Of a stretch of DNA of 64,000 nt, positions 37,286 to 50,171 are shown in pieces (the stretch's first letter is position 1; each line of letters begins with the position of its first letter). This stretch comes from Macrostomum lignano (Eukaryota), in assembly GCA_002269645.1 (NCBI GenBank), contig NIVC01002194.1, positions 85,349 through 149,348 of the forward strand, given 5' to 3'. Under the pieces are notes generated by a model. The model did no database searches, was not told the origin of the DNA, and saw only the letters and a program-made list of their open reading frames with translations. Position numbers and translations under genes: made by a program.

Positions 37286-38941
37286 ATGTGCAAGTACTGC
37301 AAACACAACTCAGAAACATATTCTCACCTTTTGTACTATATTCACTGATCAAAAACCGTAATTCGATTGCAGGATGCGAGTCGGTCGCGGTTTCGGTAAG
37401 CAATTCAAAATCAATGCCAACTGGAGAGTCTAAGACAGAGATTAGAAGACTGAGATGCCTTTTTGAGCAAATTCAAGGGTAAAAAACAAATTGACTTGCA
37501 CAAGGGAGGATAGGAGAACAAGCAGATATCGCACAACAGACGGCTGCCTCGAAAAGACAGACACCCTAGTATAGCACTAGGGCTATTTTCCTTGAAAAAT
37601 CAATCTGTTTTATATACTAGACTTTGGATTCAAGGATCCACAGCAGACAATTGCTAATCTTCAGTTGGACAGTCTTTGACAAACTGAAGCTCAGCAGAAT
37701 GTGGGAGACAGGTCCCGTAAGGAAGCAGCAATAAACAAAATTTAATATATCATATTAGTGAAATTTATAATACATTATAAAACTAACATACCTGTAGATC
37801 ATATTTAAAAAAATTAAGATGTAAAAAACAAAACTATAAAACCAGCACACCAGCTGTTATCAGTTTTTTAAATCATTAACACTGTTGAGCCTTTTTGACC
37901 CACAGAAGTTGCATACTCTACTCTATGTTAACAAAATACTCAAAACCCAAAAATAAAGAATTATTAAATATACCTGCTAAAGATTTCAAGACTACATCGA
38001 CCTCTTTGCACTTTTTCAAAGTAAAATTATTGCATAGAAAATATATTGATACTTATTGCATTAGCTTTAGCATAGATATAAAAAAGTAGCATAAAAAAGC
38101 ATAAAAATTTAATTTCAATCAGTTTTATTAAATGTAATTTAACAAAAAATATTACTTAATTAACTCTTTATGCATGTATAAATTAAAACCTTATTGCTTT
38201 TGCTTCTGTTTGTATCTCTTACTTCTTTACACTTTGTTATACTACATATCAGTTATGCGCTATACAAACTGTAGTAAATTTGTCAACACAGTTGACAAAT
38301 AAAAAGTTGACAAGTTTACCCAGATCCATAGCCCATAATGGCCATATGGTCATAGATTATCTAGAAAAAAATTATTTTAATGTATACCATGCCATTTTTC
38401 TGACTATAGTTACTTATTGAATTTAAGGGTAATAACTTTTATATTAAATGTGTTATAATTATAGACATAAACATTATAAATATAGCTTACTATCACAAAG
38501 GTTTCTACTTCTAATATACACCATTTGTTGCCATAGTTTTTTGGGCAAAATTTTAGGTGTATGCCAACTATGTTAAAAATTAGAAATATGACTTTATAAT
38601 ATACATCAGAATTTTAAAATTATATAATTTTACTTTTGCACTGCAAGTAATAAATAATAATGGACTTTTATCCATTATTATTTTAGATGTTTATTTATAT
38701 ATAATAACAAAATAATGTTGTATCTTTTACTCTTATCTAAAAACTTGCAATTACACAAAGTTCTAATATCTAAATTTCTTTAAAATAGCACTATCAAATT
38801 CAATTAATATATTCATTTTTTCTTATGAAAAAAATAAGATAATTTTTTAACTTTTGTTATAGAAACTGCAAGATACAACTATAACTCTTTAAGATCAAGC
38901 ATACCAAATATGTATGCCAATAAACTATGAAGGGCTAATGC

Positions 38942-41381
38942 ATATGAGGGTTTCACGATAGATATTCAGACAGACATTTAAAATGATCATCTGTAACTTT
39001 AAACAAAATTGACCCGTTTCAAACATCTTTTTGACAAATATTTAAGCAAGTGGTAGGCATCAAATAAGCTTTAATTTATTAACTGAAGTAAAAATCTTTT
39101 TGACATACATTGATTTAAAAATTGCTTAGCAACACTCTGATTAGACATTGCTTTACCATTGACTGAAATTTTTTGATCATAGCAGCCTAAAAGCAGATAT
39201 TGGATTAAAAAATGCTTTGATTTATTCTTTACACATGTCTCAGCTTTAAAATGACACCTCAGGCATTGCAAAAGACAGCTTTGATGCTGAGATATTTGAC
39301 ACTAAACAATGCTTTGCATGAACTTACATTCAGAAATTTCACTGATTTTTTATTGATTTTTATGCTGCTGCTATGTCCTTGTTTTTCATCAGAATCTCAT
39401 CAAATTCTAGTCATGTCTATATGCATATCTTGGCTTTAAAACTAACACCTCAGGCGTCGCAAAAGACAGCTTTGATGCTGAGATATTCGACACTAAACAT
39501 TGCTTTAGAAAACATCTTTATCCAATTAAATATTTTCATGTAGCTCCTTAGGTTGTTCCACATTCCAAGTCTATAAGTCAAGACAGAAAAAAATTTAGAA
39601 CTACTATGGTAGTCCGTAGGGATTGGAAAGCTTAGCAGTACATTAAGAAATTGCCTGTTCAATCTAAAAAGTATGAAGTACATAGCTATTGGGTTGCAAC
39701 TACAGTCAAAAAAATTCTTCTTTTTTTATTCCCCCCCTTGAATAGCAGAATACCTTAATTCCAATTTGGATAGCAGAAGCCACACAAAAAAGTAAAAACA
39801 TAACAAATAAACTATTTGCTTCATATTGATTGCCATTGACTGTTAATAAACACAACATCAATTTCTTTCAATAACAGTTGGAACATGTTTCTTATACATT
39901 TGTTTATTTATTTGAACCGCAAAGCGGTGAAAAGTAATGATTGGTTGCCATGTACAAATGTACACTCAGTGACTCATTGACTCAGGTACAATCTATGTAA
40001 GATAAAGGCAGGAATCTTAAAAATCAAATACTGAAGACAGTTTAAGAAAAGTCTAGGTTTAAAAATAGAAGCGATTGATAAAATAATTGCCTTAAGCATT
40101 CCACAATATATTTGTATGTTAGCAAGGCTCTATATGATGGTTAATAAATGGAGAACTAGGCAAGCATCTGAACAAATATTGAATAAAAATCAGTGAAGTT
40201 TCCAAATATGAGTTTGAGCAAAGCAGTGTATAGTGTCAAATATCTTAGCATCAAAGCTGTCTTTTGTGACACCTGAGGTGCCATTTTAAAGCCCTATTGG
40301 AATAAATGTTAAAAACCCGCGGACGCGCGCTTTAGAAAAGAGTCAAACTATTTTACCGCGCTTTAGGATTATTAGATGTTCCGAAAGATCTGCAGTTTCA
40401 TCGAAATCAAAATTTGCTAACTTTCCAAAATCAAAATTGAAATTTCCCGAAATCATAATTCAGAAAAACAAAGTTTAGTATGATCAACACTCACTTTTTT
40501 ACTTTCAATTTACTGCTTAAGCAAAAAGTAATACATGTATACGTAGTAGAAAGCAGTTTATTTTTAGCGACTCTTTAGACACTACCAAAATTTTCACTTC
40601 TAAATTTTTTTCTAAATTGAAATTCGCTCTAAAAAATTTCAAATTTTGGAAAATTCAAATTGAATTCTCAGAACATCTCTAAGCTTAATAAATTACAAGT
40701 GTATAAGCCCCTTCAACAGGGGTATTATACCCATTTCCATGTATATGTATTTGCTAGAGCAGCAGCCAGTAAGAAAGGGCAGTGCGCATGCAGTCGATGC
40801 GCCTGTGTGCGCGCTGCGCTTTAGAAAAATTTCAAAAGTGCGCCGGACACCGTCTGCGGTTTTAAAACTTTTTCCTATAGGGTTTTAAAGCTGAGACATG
40901 CGTATAGACATGACTAGAATTTGACAAGATTCTGATGAAAAACAAGGACATGGCAGCTACACAAATATTGATAAAAAATCTGTGAAATTTCTGAATGTGA
41001 GTGTGTGCAAAGCAATGTTTAGTGTCGAATATCTCAGCATCAAAGCTGTCTTTTGCGATGCTTGAGGTATCATTTTAAAGCTGAGACATGCGTAAAGAGT
41101 AAATCAAAGCATTTTTTAATCCAATATCTGCTTTTAGGCTGCTATGATCAAAAAATTTCAGTCAATGGTAAAGCAATGTCTAATCAGAGTGTTGCTAAGC
41201 AATTTTTAAATAAATGTATGTCATAAAGATTTTACCTTAATTAATAAATTAAAGCTTATTCAATGCCCAACACTTGCGTAAATATTTGTTAAAAAGATGG
41301 TTGAAGTGGGTCATTTTTGTTTAAAGTTATAGACGATCGTTTTGAATGTCTGTCTGAATATCTGTTGTAAAACCCTCACAT
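38942..41381. mobile_element. Mutator-like (MULE/foldback) non-autonomous element A
   Basis: Termini ATATGAGGGTTT / AAACCCTCACAT; perfect 9-bp TSD GGCTAATGC (38933-38941 and 41382-41390); about 565-bp inverted arms (38942-39506 and 40218-41381 minus a nested insertion). Confidence 0.9.
40290..40884. mobile_element. MITE nested in the right arm of element A (Kolobok-like if TTAA TSD; alternatively an 8-bp TTTTAAAG TSD)
   Basis: TIRs AGCCCTATTGGAATAAATGTTAAAAACCCGC and reverse-complement AACCCTATAGGAAAAAGTTTTAAAAACCGC, flanked by TTAA (40286-40289, 40885-40888). Removing it restores the arm motif cattttaaagctgagac. Confidence 0.8.
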
Positions 41382-41483
41382 GGCTAATGCACATTAGAAA
41401 ATTCTAGCATATAGGACACCTTCCTATAGTTTATAGCCAATAATAAACTAGGTCTAATTGAGCTCAACTTGTGACTAATCTAG

Positions 41484-44123
41484 ATGTGAGGGTTTCCCGA
41501 CAGATATTCAAAACGATTATCTACTACTTTTAACAAAATGGACCAAACGGAACCATATTTTTGGCAGATGTTTACGCATGTGTTTGCAATCAAATGAGCC
41601 CAAATTTGTTTTATAAAATAAAAAACTTTATGAAGTGCATTGTTTCAAAGATTGCTTGGCAACACCCTGATTCAGCATCTCTTCAACGTTTTCTGAAAAT
41701 GATTCAATTTTTACATCCCATAAATGTGCCCCGTATCCCAAAAAGACAATGGACTAACTCTTACGCATGTTTCAGCTATAAAATGCCGCATCACGCGTCT
41801 AATAAAATACTTTACTTTCTGAATTATTTTCTTTTAAAGTGTGCTTGGCGATTTGCTTTTTTGAAGGCAAGTCAAGAAACAGCGCATATTTGCTGATGTC
41901 AGAACTCTATTTCGCTCTCAAATTAAATGAATTTATAGTTCCATTCTTACGCACATCAAAGCTTTAGAATGACACCATTGAAGCTGAAAAAGAAACAGTA
42001 TTTCCTGAGATATTTGACTCTAAAGTGTGCTTTGCTTTTGAGTCAATAACACTTGACGTTCGTTGTATGTCGAAATATACACCAAGAAATTGTGACACCA
42101 TTTTTTGCTTACGAAACATAAAACTTAACTTGCTCTTTTACGCACGTCCCAGCTTTAAAATGACACCTCAGGCGTCGCCAAAGACGCCACTGTTCATGAG
42201 ATATTTGACTCGAAACATTGCTCAGCGTGTACAGACATTCACCTTATAAATCAAATGTATTCCCAATCTTTGTGCACGTGCTCCACCTGTGTTTTTCAGT
42301 CAATTCCGATGAAATTTAACTCGCTTTTTTACGCATGTCCCAGCTTTAAAATGACACCTCAGGCGTCGCCAAAGATGCCTCCGTTCGTGAGATATTTAAC
42401 TCGAAACATTGCTCAGCATGTACAGACATTCACCTTATAAATCAAATGTATTCCCAATCTTTGTGCACGTGCTTCACCTGTGTTTTTCAGTCAATTCCGA
42501 TGAAATTTAACTCGCTTTTTTACGCATGTCCCAGCTTTAAAATGACACCTCAGGCGTCGCCAAAGACGCCTCCGTTCGTGAGATATTCGACTCGAAACAT
42601 TGCTTGGCGTGTATAGACATTCACCTTATAAATCAAATGTATTCCCAATCTTTGTGCACGTGCTTCACCTGTGTTTTTCAGTCAATTCTGATGAAATTTA
42701 ACTCACTCTTTTACGCATGTTCCAGCTTTAAAATGACACCTCAGGCGTTGCCAAAGACGCCTCCGTTTGTGAGATATTTGACTGGAAACATTGCTCAGCG
42801 TGTACAGACATTCACCTTGAGAAGTCAATTGCAGTCCTATGTAATCTTTTACTATCACTGATGCGTTTCATTACCCGTTTTAAAACATTCTTTGACTTAC
42901 AGGAGTCAAAGTTTTTTGCTAAAATATGCGCTCTGTGCTCTTTTTCCGGTAACAGTTGTCTATAGGCCGCACTGACTCCACGAGAGGAAATAATTGGCCG
43001 AATGTGCATCTCCTCAGCTAAGGTTAGCCGTCGAAATGTTGGATGGTCGCAGTTTTCATGGCAGAATATGCCTTCTCCGTTAACTACCCAGTCCCATTGT
43101 TCTGAACTTCTTGGAGCTCTTTCCATGGAAAAAGTGTACACTCTGCTGCAGCCCACTACTTTACAAGAGGCCTTCACCGTCCAAAAGTTGCAAGATCTTT
43201 TTTGAGATGATGGGGCTTGAATGTGGCAATATCTTCTCATTCGAAGAACACACGAAGACAGTGTACGCAACGACTTACACAATGTTTTATTGAGCTGCGC
43301 CTTACAAAACATATACTTAGATCCATCTGAACTCTCAGCCAATTGGATGGCATCCAAGTCAGGTTTCAGCAGCAAGCAATGTTTCAAGTCGAATATCTCA
43401 CGAATGGTGGCGTCTTTGGCGACGCCTGAGGTGTCATTTTAAAGCTGGGACGTGCGTAAAAGAGCAAGTTAAGTTTTATGTTTCGTAAGCAAAAAATGGT
43501 GTCACAATTTCTTGGCGTATATTTCAACATACAACGCCAAGCGTTATTGACTCAAAAGCAAAGCACACTTTAGAGTCAAATATCTCAGGAAATACTGTTT
43601 CTTTTTCAGCTTCAATGGTGTCATTCTAAAGCTGGGATGTGCGTAAGAATGGAACTATAAATTCAAATATAATTTGAGAGTGAAATGGAGTTCTGACATC
43701 AGCAAATATGCGCTGTTTCTTGACTTGCCTTCAAAAAAGCAAATCGCCAAGCACACTTTAAAAGAAAATAATTCAGAAAGTAAAGTATTTTATTAGACGC
43801 GTGATGCGGCATTTTATAGCTGAAACATGCGTAAGAGTTAGTCCATTGTCTTTTTGGGATACAGGGCACATTTATGGGATGTAAAAATTGAATCATTTTC
43901 AGAAAACGTTGAAGAGATGCTGAATCAGGGTGTTGCCAAGCAATCTTTGAAACAATGCACTTCATAAAGTTTTTTATTTTATAAAACAAATTTGGGCTCA
44001 TTTGATTGCAAACACATGCGTAAACATCTGCCAAAAATATGGTTCCGTTTGGTCCATTTTGTTAAAAGTAGTAGATAATCGTTTTGAATATCTGTTTGAA
44101 TATCTGTCGGGAAACCCTCACAT
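41484..44123. mobile_element. Mutator-like (MULE/foldback) element B, internally deleted, with a transposase N-terminal fragment
   Basis: Termini ATGTGAGGGTTTCCCGACAGATATTC; 9-bp TSD CTAATCTAG (41475-41483) / CAAATCTAG (44124-44132); about 740-bp nearly identical inverted arms; 191-bp internal tandem repeats (42151, 42342, 42533, 42724). Confidence 0.9.
42812..43330 (-). pseudogene. Truncated Mutator-type transposase N-terminal (WRKY/FAR1-like zinc-finger) fragment
   Basis: CNFWTVKASCKVVGCSRVYTF...GEGIFCHE...SCKSKNVLKRV..RLH gives C-x4-C...H spacing typical of MULE DNA-binding regions. The reading frame runs into the internal repeats and no DDE domain is present. Confidence 0.55.
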
Positions 44124-44763
44124 CAAATCTAGACCCTATGGTCTATTTAAAATATATTGTTATTACTTTTTCTTAACTTAAGCTGAGCTTAAAAATTTGT
44201 TTTTTTGCAGACTCTAGTATTTCAATATACTAATACTAATATATTATAAAAGACATAGGTAGTGACAAATAAAATACATAATTTAAGCATTTTAACTTAA
44301 GTTAGGCCTAAGCCCAATCCCAATGCCTTTATTATGACTTTAGCCTGACCTTAAGCAAAAATTAGCCATTACAAATAAAAGTAAATTCCAGATTAATAAA
44401 ATCACTTCAATCAGCTTTGGATTAAATAAGCATAAGTTTTGCTTTGCTAAGCTGAAACTTCGGTCAGAAGCATGAGGTAGGCCAAACATTAGTTCCACTA
44501 GGCCTAGACATTTTTTGCTTCATCTTTTGAAACAAAATGTTTTGTTTTCTGAGTTCTGAAACATTTCTACATTATGTGATGACAATGATTCCAATTATGA
44601 TATATTGATTATTGATGTCTATGACTATGAGTATGAGTGAGTGTACCATCTAAAACCTTTTTAAACTTTGTCCAACTCAGCCAAAGTTTTAAAGGTTTTA
44701 AAGAGTTTAAATTTAAACTACAAACTACAAGAGTACAAAGTTTAAAAGATAAATGTGGTTAAA

Positions 44764-44980
44764 TTATGAGTCGGAATAATGGTCAGAATATTCCGACTCT
44801 TAAGTCTTATTCCGACTGATTATTAAATACATTGCAAGAGTCTGAATATCATTCCGACTCTTAGTTCGACTGGTTAGGCCCTATTTAATAAATTGCAAGA
44901 GTCTAAATATCATTCCGACTGATTATTAAATACATTGTAAGAGTCTAAATATCATTCCGACCGTTATTCCAACTCGTAAT
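44764..44980. repeat. Small inverted-repeat element with iterated tattccgact motifs
   Basis: ttatgagtcggaataatggtc at the left versus gaccgttattccaactcgtaa at the right. Confidence 0.5.
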
Positions 44981-45607
44981 GCAGTTAAACTACAAGTCAT
45001 AATAATGTTCGGAATATTCCGAGTCGGACAAAGTTTAAACTTTAAAAGGTCCATCTAAAGTTTGGAGACTACTTTGCTTTGCTGCCTGCACTATATTTCA
45101 TCACTACCTCTTATTGCTTGCTTACGTGCAATATGCGCTTGTGGCTACTGATTTCATGTATGTAAAATCATTTAAAAGTTTGCTCACTCCTTTCCCTAGT
45201 TTTTATAGCTTGCTTGTGCTGCTAGAGACTGGCGTGCATGGTGGGTGCGTGCGTGGATTGTGCGCAATTCCAATTTGAAATAAATAATAATATATAATTA
45301 TGAAACACAACAGTTAAAAAATGCAGCATAAGATACCCTTATTTAATAAAATGTTTTTTTCATTTCTTTCTAAACTTTTTTTAAGGTTTGTACAGCACCT
45401 AAAAAACGTGCATTTTATTTTTTGTTTAAACGCAAGCGTCCCAGCAAATACCGGACAGAAACACTAAATTAGTCGAATATACAAATACTTGTTGTCATTT
45501 CTGCAGGATTTTCTGCAGGAATTTCTCTCTATCGCTAATCATTGGTACTTAAAATATAAATTTTGCAATCTAGTTGGCCAAAACTGCGATCAATTCGGCC
45601 AGGGATA

Positions 45608-46578
45608 GGAAATCCTTCACTTTCACGAGTCGGCTTACCCAGCAGCTGAGGTGAGCTGAAAGCCATAGACAGTGTAAAAATGCTGCAATCAATTTGGCCT
45701 AAACTGCGATCAAGTTGGCCCAGATCGATTGCATTCGCTATTCGACGCCTTCCAAGTTGAACTTAGTCCTTAGAGCCATGGATAACTTCGTTTTTGTCCG
45801 ACTGCACTGCTCTCTCTTTCGTATAGAACTCTATTTCTCTAAGCAGCAACCTTAATTTGGCCTTAATTTGTGATCACATCTATCATAGCTGAAATCGCAG
45901 ACTATGGCTCAGAGAGGCCCATGTCACATAAAAATTTCGACTCCGGGATCGCTAGAGGTTATGGTGAGCACGCCTTTGAAAATGGAAGACTGGTAAATTC
46001 TCGGCCGGCTCTTTAGAATCGCACGGAAAACAGTTGCAAACATTATTGGGACTCTCACAGCAACTGGCCGCATCGGCACTCTGCCTCGAGGAGGTGTCAG
46101 GCGTTCGTCACTAAGCAGAGAGCCATGGTCGACATCATCTGCACTTTCTTCGGAAACATTCCAACAGCAATGCTAGAGCAGATGAAAGGTCACCTCACGC
46201 GAGAATTCCCTGCTGCTCAAAATTTGAACCTCACAACCATCAGCCGAGCTCTAGATGGCAGACTTATCACGATTAAACTGCTCAGAGAGGTGACACAGAA
46301 CTGGAACGACGACATTACGAAGGAGGCAAGGATGTTGAGTGGCTGCTTGGTTACGGAAGCCTGAGACATCTGCTGTATGGACGAATTTGGCATCAATCTT
46401 TGAACAGCAAGAACATGTCACTTCTTTCTTCTTCTGTGCACATACAACAATAAAATTGCGTTGGCCAAATAATCGCAGTTTAGGCCAATTGTTGGTTGCA
46501 GTATTTTTACACTAAATGTATGTCTATGGCTTTCAGCTCAGCTCAGCTGGGTGAGCGGACTCGCGAGAGCGAATTTCC
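45608..46578 (+). mobile_element. Internally deleted IS630-Tc1-mariner superfamily element
   Basis: About 110-bp imperfect inverted repeats (45608-45720 and 46455-46578). Internal fragment at about 46125-46420 reads LEQMKGHLTREFP...TTISRALDGRLITIK...NWN...KEAR...*DICCMDEFGINL*TART, the HTH plus first catalytic DE motif of ITm transposases, with in-frame stops. Confidence 0.7.
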
Positions 46579-47604
46579 TCATCAAAAACACCTTAAAATT
46601 GCACGAGTTGGGAGCAGTGAGAAGTGTTCTGATTCGGAGAGATAGTCGGTGCCGATCTTTGACGAAGAAGGTCGGCCGTGGCATGCCTGTCGGATTTCCA
46701 TCCTCCAACAGATGCATATTTGATTCTTTGTCAACTCTGTTAATCAGTTCCTTTCTTACGAGCGTACATTCGTAAACTTCTTTGTCTATGGCCAGTCCCA
46801 ACTCTGAACATGCCGAAATTGGCTTCCACTGCTGTGCTCTTTACTTTCTCACATAAACTCGTTCTTCTTAGTTATATTATTGTCAACTTTGACAATGCCA
46901 TTAGACTGCTAGTAGCCCCCCGCATGAAGGACCACTAAAATTTATCGTTTTATCAACGTATAACGATACAACGATGATGATAAATTCTAGTGGTCCTTGC
47001 CCTAGCATATCAAGCTTAGTACGAGCTATATGACTCAAAAATACATCGTTTCTAAAAGGCACTTTACTGTAATCCGTACTTCAAAGGTGCCGACTCAGTT
47101 TTCTAGCTAATTCCAACCAAGCTGAATCCTTCTGCAAAATTAATGCGTACGTGTGTACGCTGTTCTATATATGGATTGCCGATGAAAGCAATTTTTAATC
47201 TTGAACAGCATATTCGCATGCGAACATGTAAACACGTCGATATCATTTATTAACGATAAATTAGCTTGGTAATTGTTCGCTCTAGCCTATAGCTACTACC
47301 GCTGATCTCAGAATTCCAGAGGGTTTAAACTTTTGCAATCTTTCATTCTTTTATTTCACATGTGTAGCTTCAGTGATATCTCAGTTTTGAAATAGGACAA
47401 AATCACTTTTTATTGAACGCGTTTGAAGAGCTTGTTTAAATTTGACATAAGCCCCAAACGAATGAATCAATATACACTGGGCTACGTTGTTTACTTTAGA
47501 AAAGATTGCTTTAGAGAGAAGAAGCAGATTGCATAAGCCTTTTAGAGTTGAATGATCGAAAAGCAAAAACAGTTTTAAACACAGCTCGGAGTTGACCTTG
47601 CATG

Positions 47605-47906
47605 TATGTCCTTGTGACCCGTTATGGAATTAAATCAATAATTTTGCTTCCGGGCGACAAAATATAGCGCCTTTGGCGCTAAAATGAGTGCCTGCGGCGC
47701 CAAAATGAGTGCCTGCGGCGCCAAAATGAGTGCCTGCGGCGCCAAAATGAGTGCCTGCGGCGCCAAAATGAGTGCCTGCGGCGCCAAAATGAGTGCCTGC
47801 GGCGCCAAAATGAGCGCTGAAAACACCAATTCTGAAAATAATGTACATCTATATGCAGAATTCTTGGCTTTGTCCCCTCACCATAATATCCATGGCGACT
47901 TCCCTG
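47605..47906 (-). mobile_element. Second (truncated, inverted) copy of the hAT-like MITE at 9195-9663
   Basis: Terminus ccatggcgacttccctg (47890-47906) matches the 9195 TIR; the same 21-bp repeat is present inverted (aaaatgagtgcctgcggcgcc), as is the ccttgtgacccgtt block. Confidence 0.75.
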
Positions 47907-48184
47907 TCCGCATAGATATGATGTGGGAATATACGCGGGTAAATCGGCCACATGATTTTTCAATGTATATCTGATATATTTTATGCGTATTAACCTCATG
48001 TTCAAGAAAGTATATAGCTAGCTAATTCTGGGTTATCAAAAAATAATTAACCTCAATATTTTGGGTAGTATTTCGATAGTCATGGAGAGCTAAGAATTCG
48101 CTATAATTGAAAAATCAGCATTAAGTTTTCGTGTCGATAAGGATAAAGTTAAAACTGGGATCACTAGAGATCAGCACAGTGCCT

Positions 48185-50140
48185 TTAGGACTCCTGTTGC
48201 AACAGTAGTTCTCTTTGACGAAGCTCATTAGCCAATTGAACAAATCGGCAGGCCTTCAGAGCCTTGATCAGGCTGGCAGTCTGGAAGTTTTCCAATAACT
48301 TTAGAAGGTCATATGTACTTTGAAAGCAGGACCGTGTACTTTATTTTGTTTTATTTGACTAACCTTGCTTTCTAAAACGATTGTCTGTTTTAACCAGGAG
48401 ATGAGCATCTCAAGCGCTTGGTCGCTCTGCTCCGGATACGCGTTCCTGATGGCTGAGCAGCGCTCTTTTGACACGCCCAATTGATCGGCCAGAATGGACC
48501 AGTTATCCTGAATATCCATCGCCAATTCGCGCAGATATTCCATAGTTACTGCGTCTGAAAAGGTTTGAAGTTGATATCAGGTAGTTTTCGACGGGACAAT
48601 TCAGCCAATTCTGTGATTCGCCACTTTTATGAGATTGTAGTCTAGTGGTCAGAGCGTCGGACTCGCGACTAGAAGGTCGGAGGTTCGATTCTATACCCAC
48701 TTGGAAAAACTTGTGTCCTCGAACAAGACACTTAACTCTGCATTGCTTCAGCTCAATCAGCTCTAAAATGGGTGCCAGCATTGGCTGGGACAATTGAGGG
48801 TGTGTGTGGCGACTCCCCAGTCCTTGGACTGAACTGCCGTACGCAGCCTTAAGATGCGCCGCGCAATAGCTGCGGCTGAGCTGTCTTAACTTTTACGGAC
48901 TGTGGGAAAGCGTACATCTGGATAGCTTCAGGTTGCCAACACAAAAACCCGAAAAATCATAAACTTCGAAAGTTCTAGCAACGCCCTTTTTGGTTGACCG
49001 TAACCCACTAGAAGAAAGTCGGTTACAAGAGCTTCCACCAACCCTTAGACTTGTAGACAAACGGCGACCGCCACGGAGGCTTCTTGCCGCCATCGGAGTC
49101 GTGCTTGGCCAGTTGCACCTGCTGCTTTGCAATGCGATTCGGCTGCAGCTCGCTGAACACCTGGACGAAGCCGCGGTGAGTTGGAAATGATTTCTGCAGA
49201 TAGGGGTCCTTCGGCGACAGACTAAAATGGGGGGGGTTGGTGTTCTGTATCAAAAACGATCTAGAGTCGAAGGCTTCCAGGGGCGATCATGAAGATCTTG
49301 CACTCCTTTTTGGCAGTAGCATCATTGCTCACTTGAGCAGGAGGCAGTTCCATTCGTTACTGTTGAATAGCAAAGTGAATTCTTGACCTTCGTCGCTAGT
49401 AATATTGCCTGTCAGCTCAACGGAAAGATTCTGGCGCTCCATCACTTTAAGCTCTTTAACTTCATTCTGCAACTCTGGGCTTCTCGGCTCTGAGACAACT
49501 TTGAAACCTTTTGAGGTAAGAAGCTCCAGCAAATACTGCTTCTTGTCATTTGACGGAAGAGCAACAACAGCCTAAAATAAGAGTTAAAATGTTTTTAACA
49601 TGTAGATACTTGTGCCTAACATGAAAGTACATCTTGTGTCTAAACATGAAATAGCGTTTAGGGCTATACAAAAATTACAAGTTCATGTGCTTCTCACCAT
49701 CCTACTATCAGTAGACTGGCGGACAATTAAACTGACAGTCCGAATCTCCATGTTAGATTCGATTTCGCGACAGATTTCGTCTAATTTGTCAACGTCAAAA
49801 TCCTTGTTGATTCGCAAGGCCAACAGTCTGTTTGGGGCGGGGAGGATTAATGAATCATCATGTACTATACTCATACAAAGTGAAATAAAATTTGTGAAAT
49901 AAAAGTTTAGCACATTAGAAATGCTACCTTCGACTGTTGGATAAATGGGAGATTCTGACGTTCAGCTTTTCCGTATTTGTCTTCTCATAGTCTCTGATGG
50001 TCTGCAAGGCGTTCCATTGAGCTGTCGGCTCCGTGCTGTCAATGCTGGCAATAATGATTGTCTCGGATGGAGCTCTAGCAGCTGAGAGGAGGAATGAATA
50101 GACAGAATAGTAAAACAGTTAAATGGGCAGAGACAGACAG

Positions 50141-50171
<31 letters not shown>

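Noticed and set aside
34561-37403. Three very long minus-strand ORFs (915, 817 and 695 aa)
   Set aside because: A 21-bp satellite lacking stop codons on that strand is open in all three frames. The real exon 1 (34640-34527) uses a different frame.
41561-44034. Duplicated 111-aa ORF (MADVYACVCNQMSPN...) on opposite strands
   Set aside because: Both copies lie within the inverted arms of element B; no recognisable protein features, so this is a by-product of the TIR.
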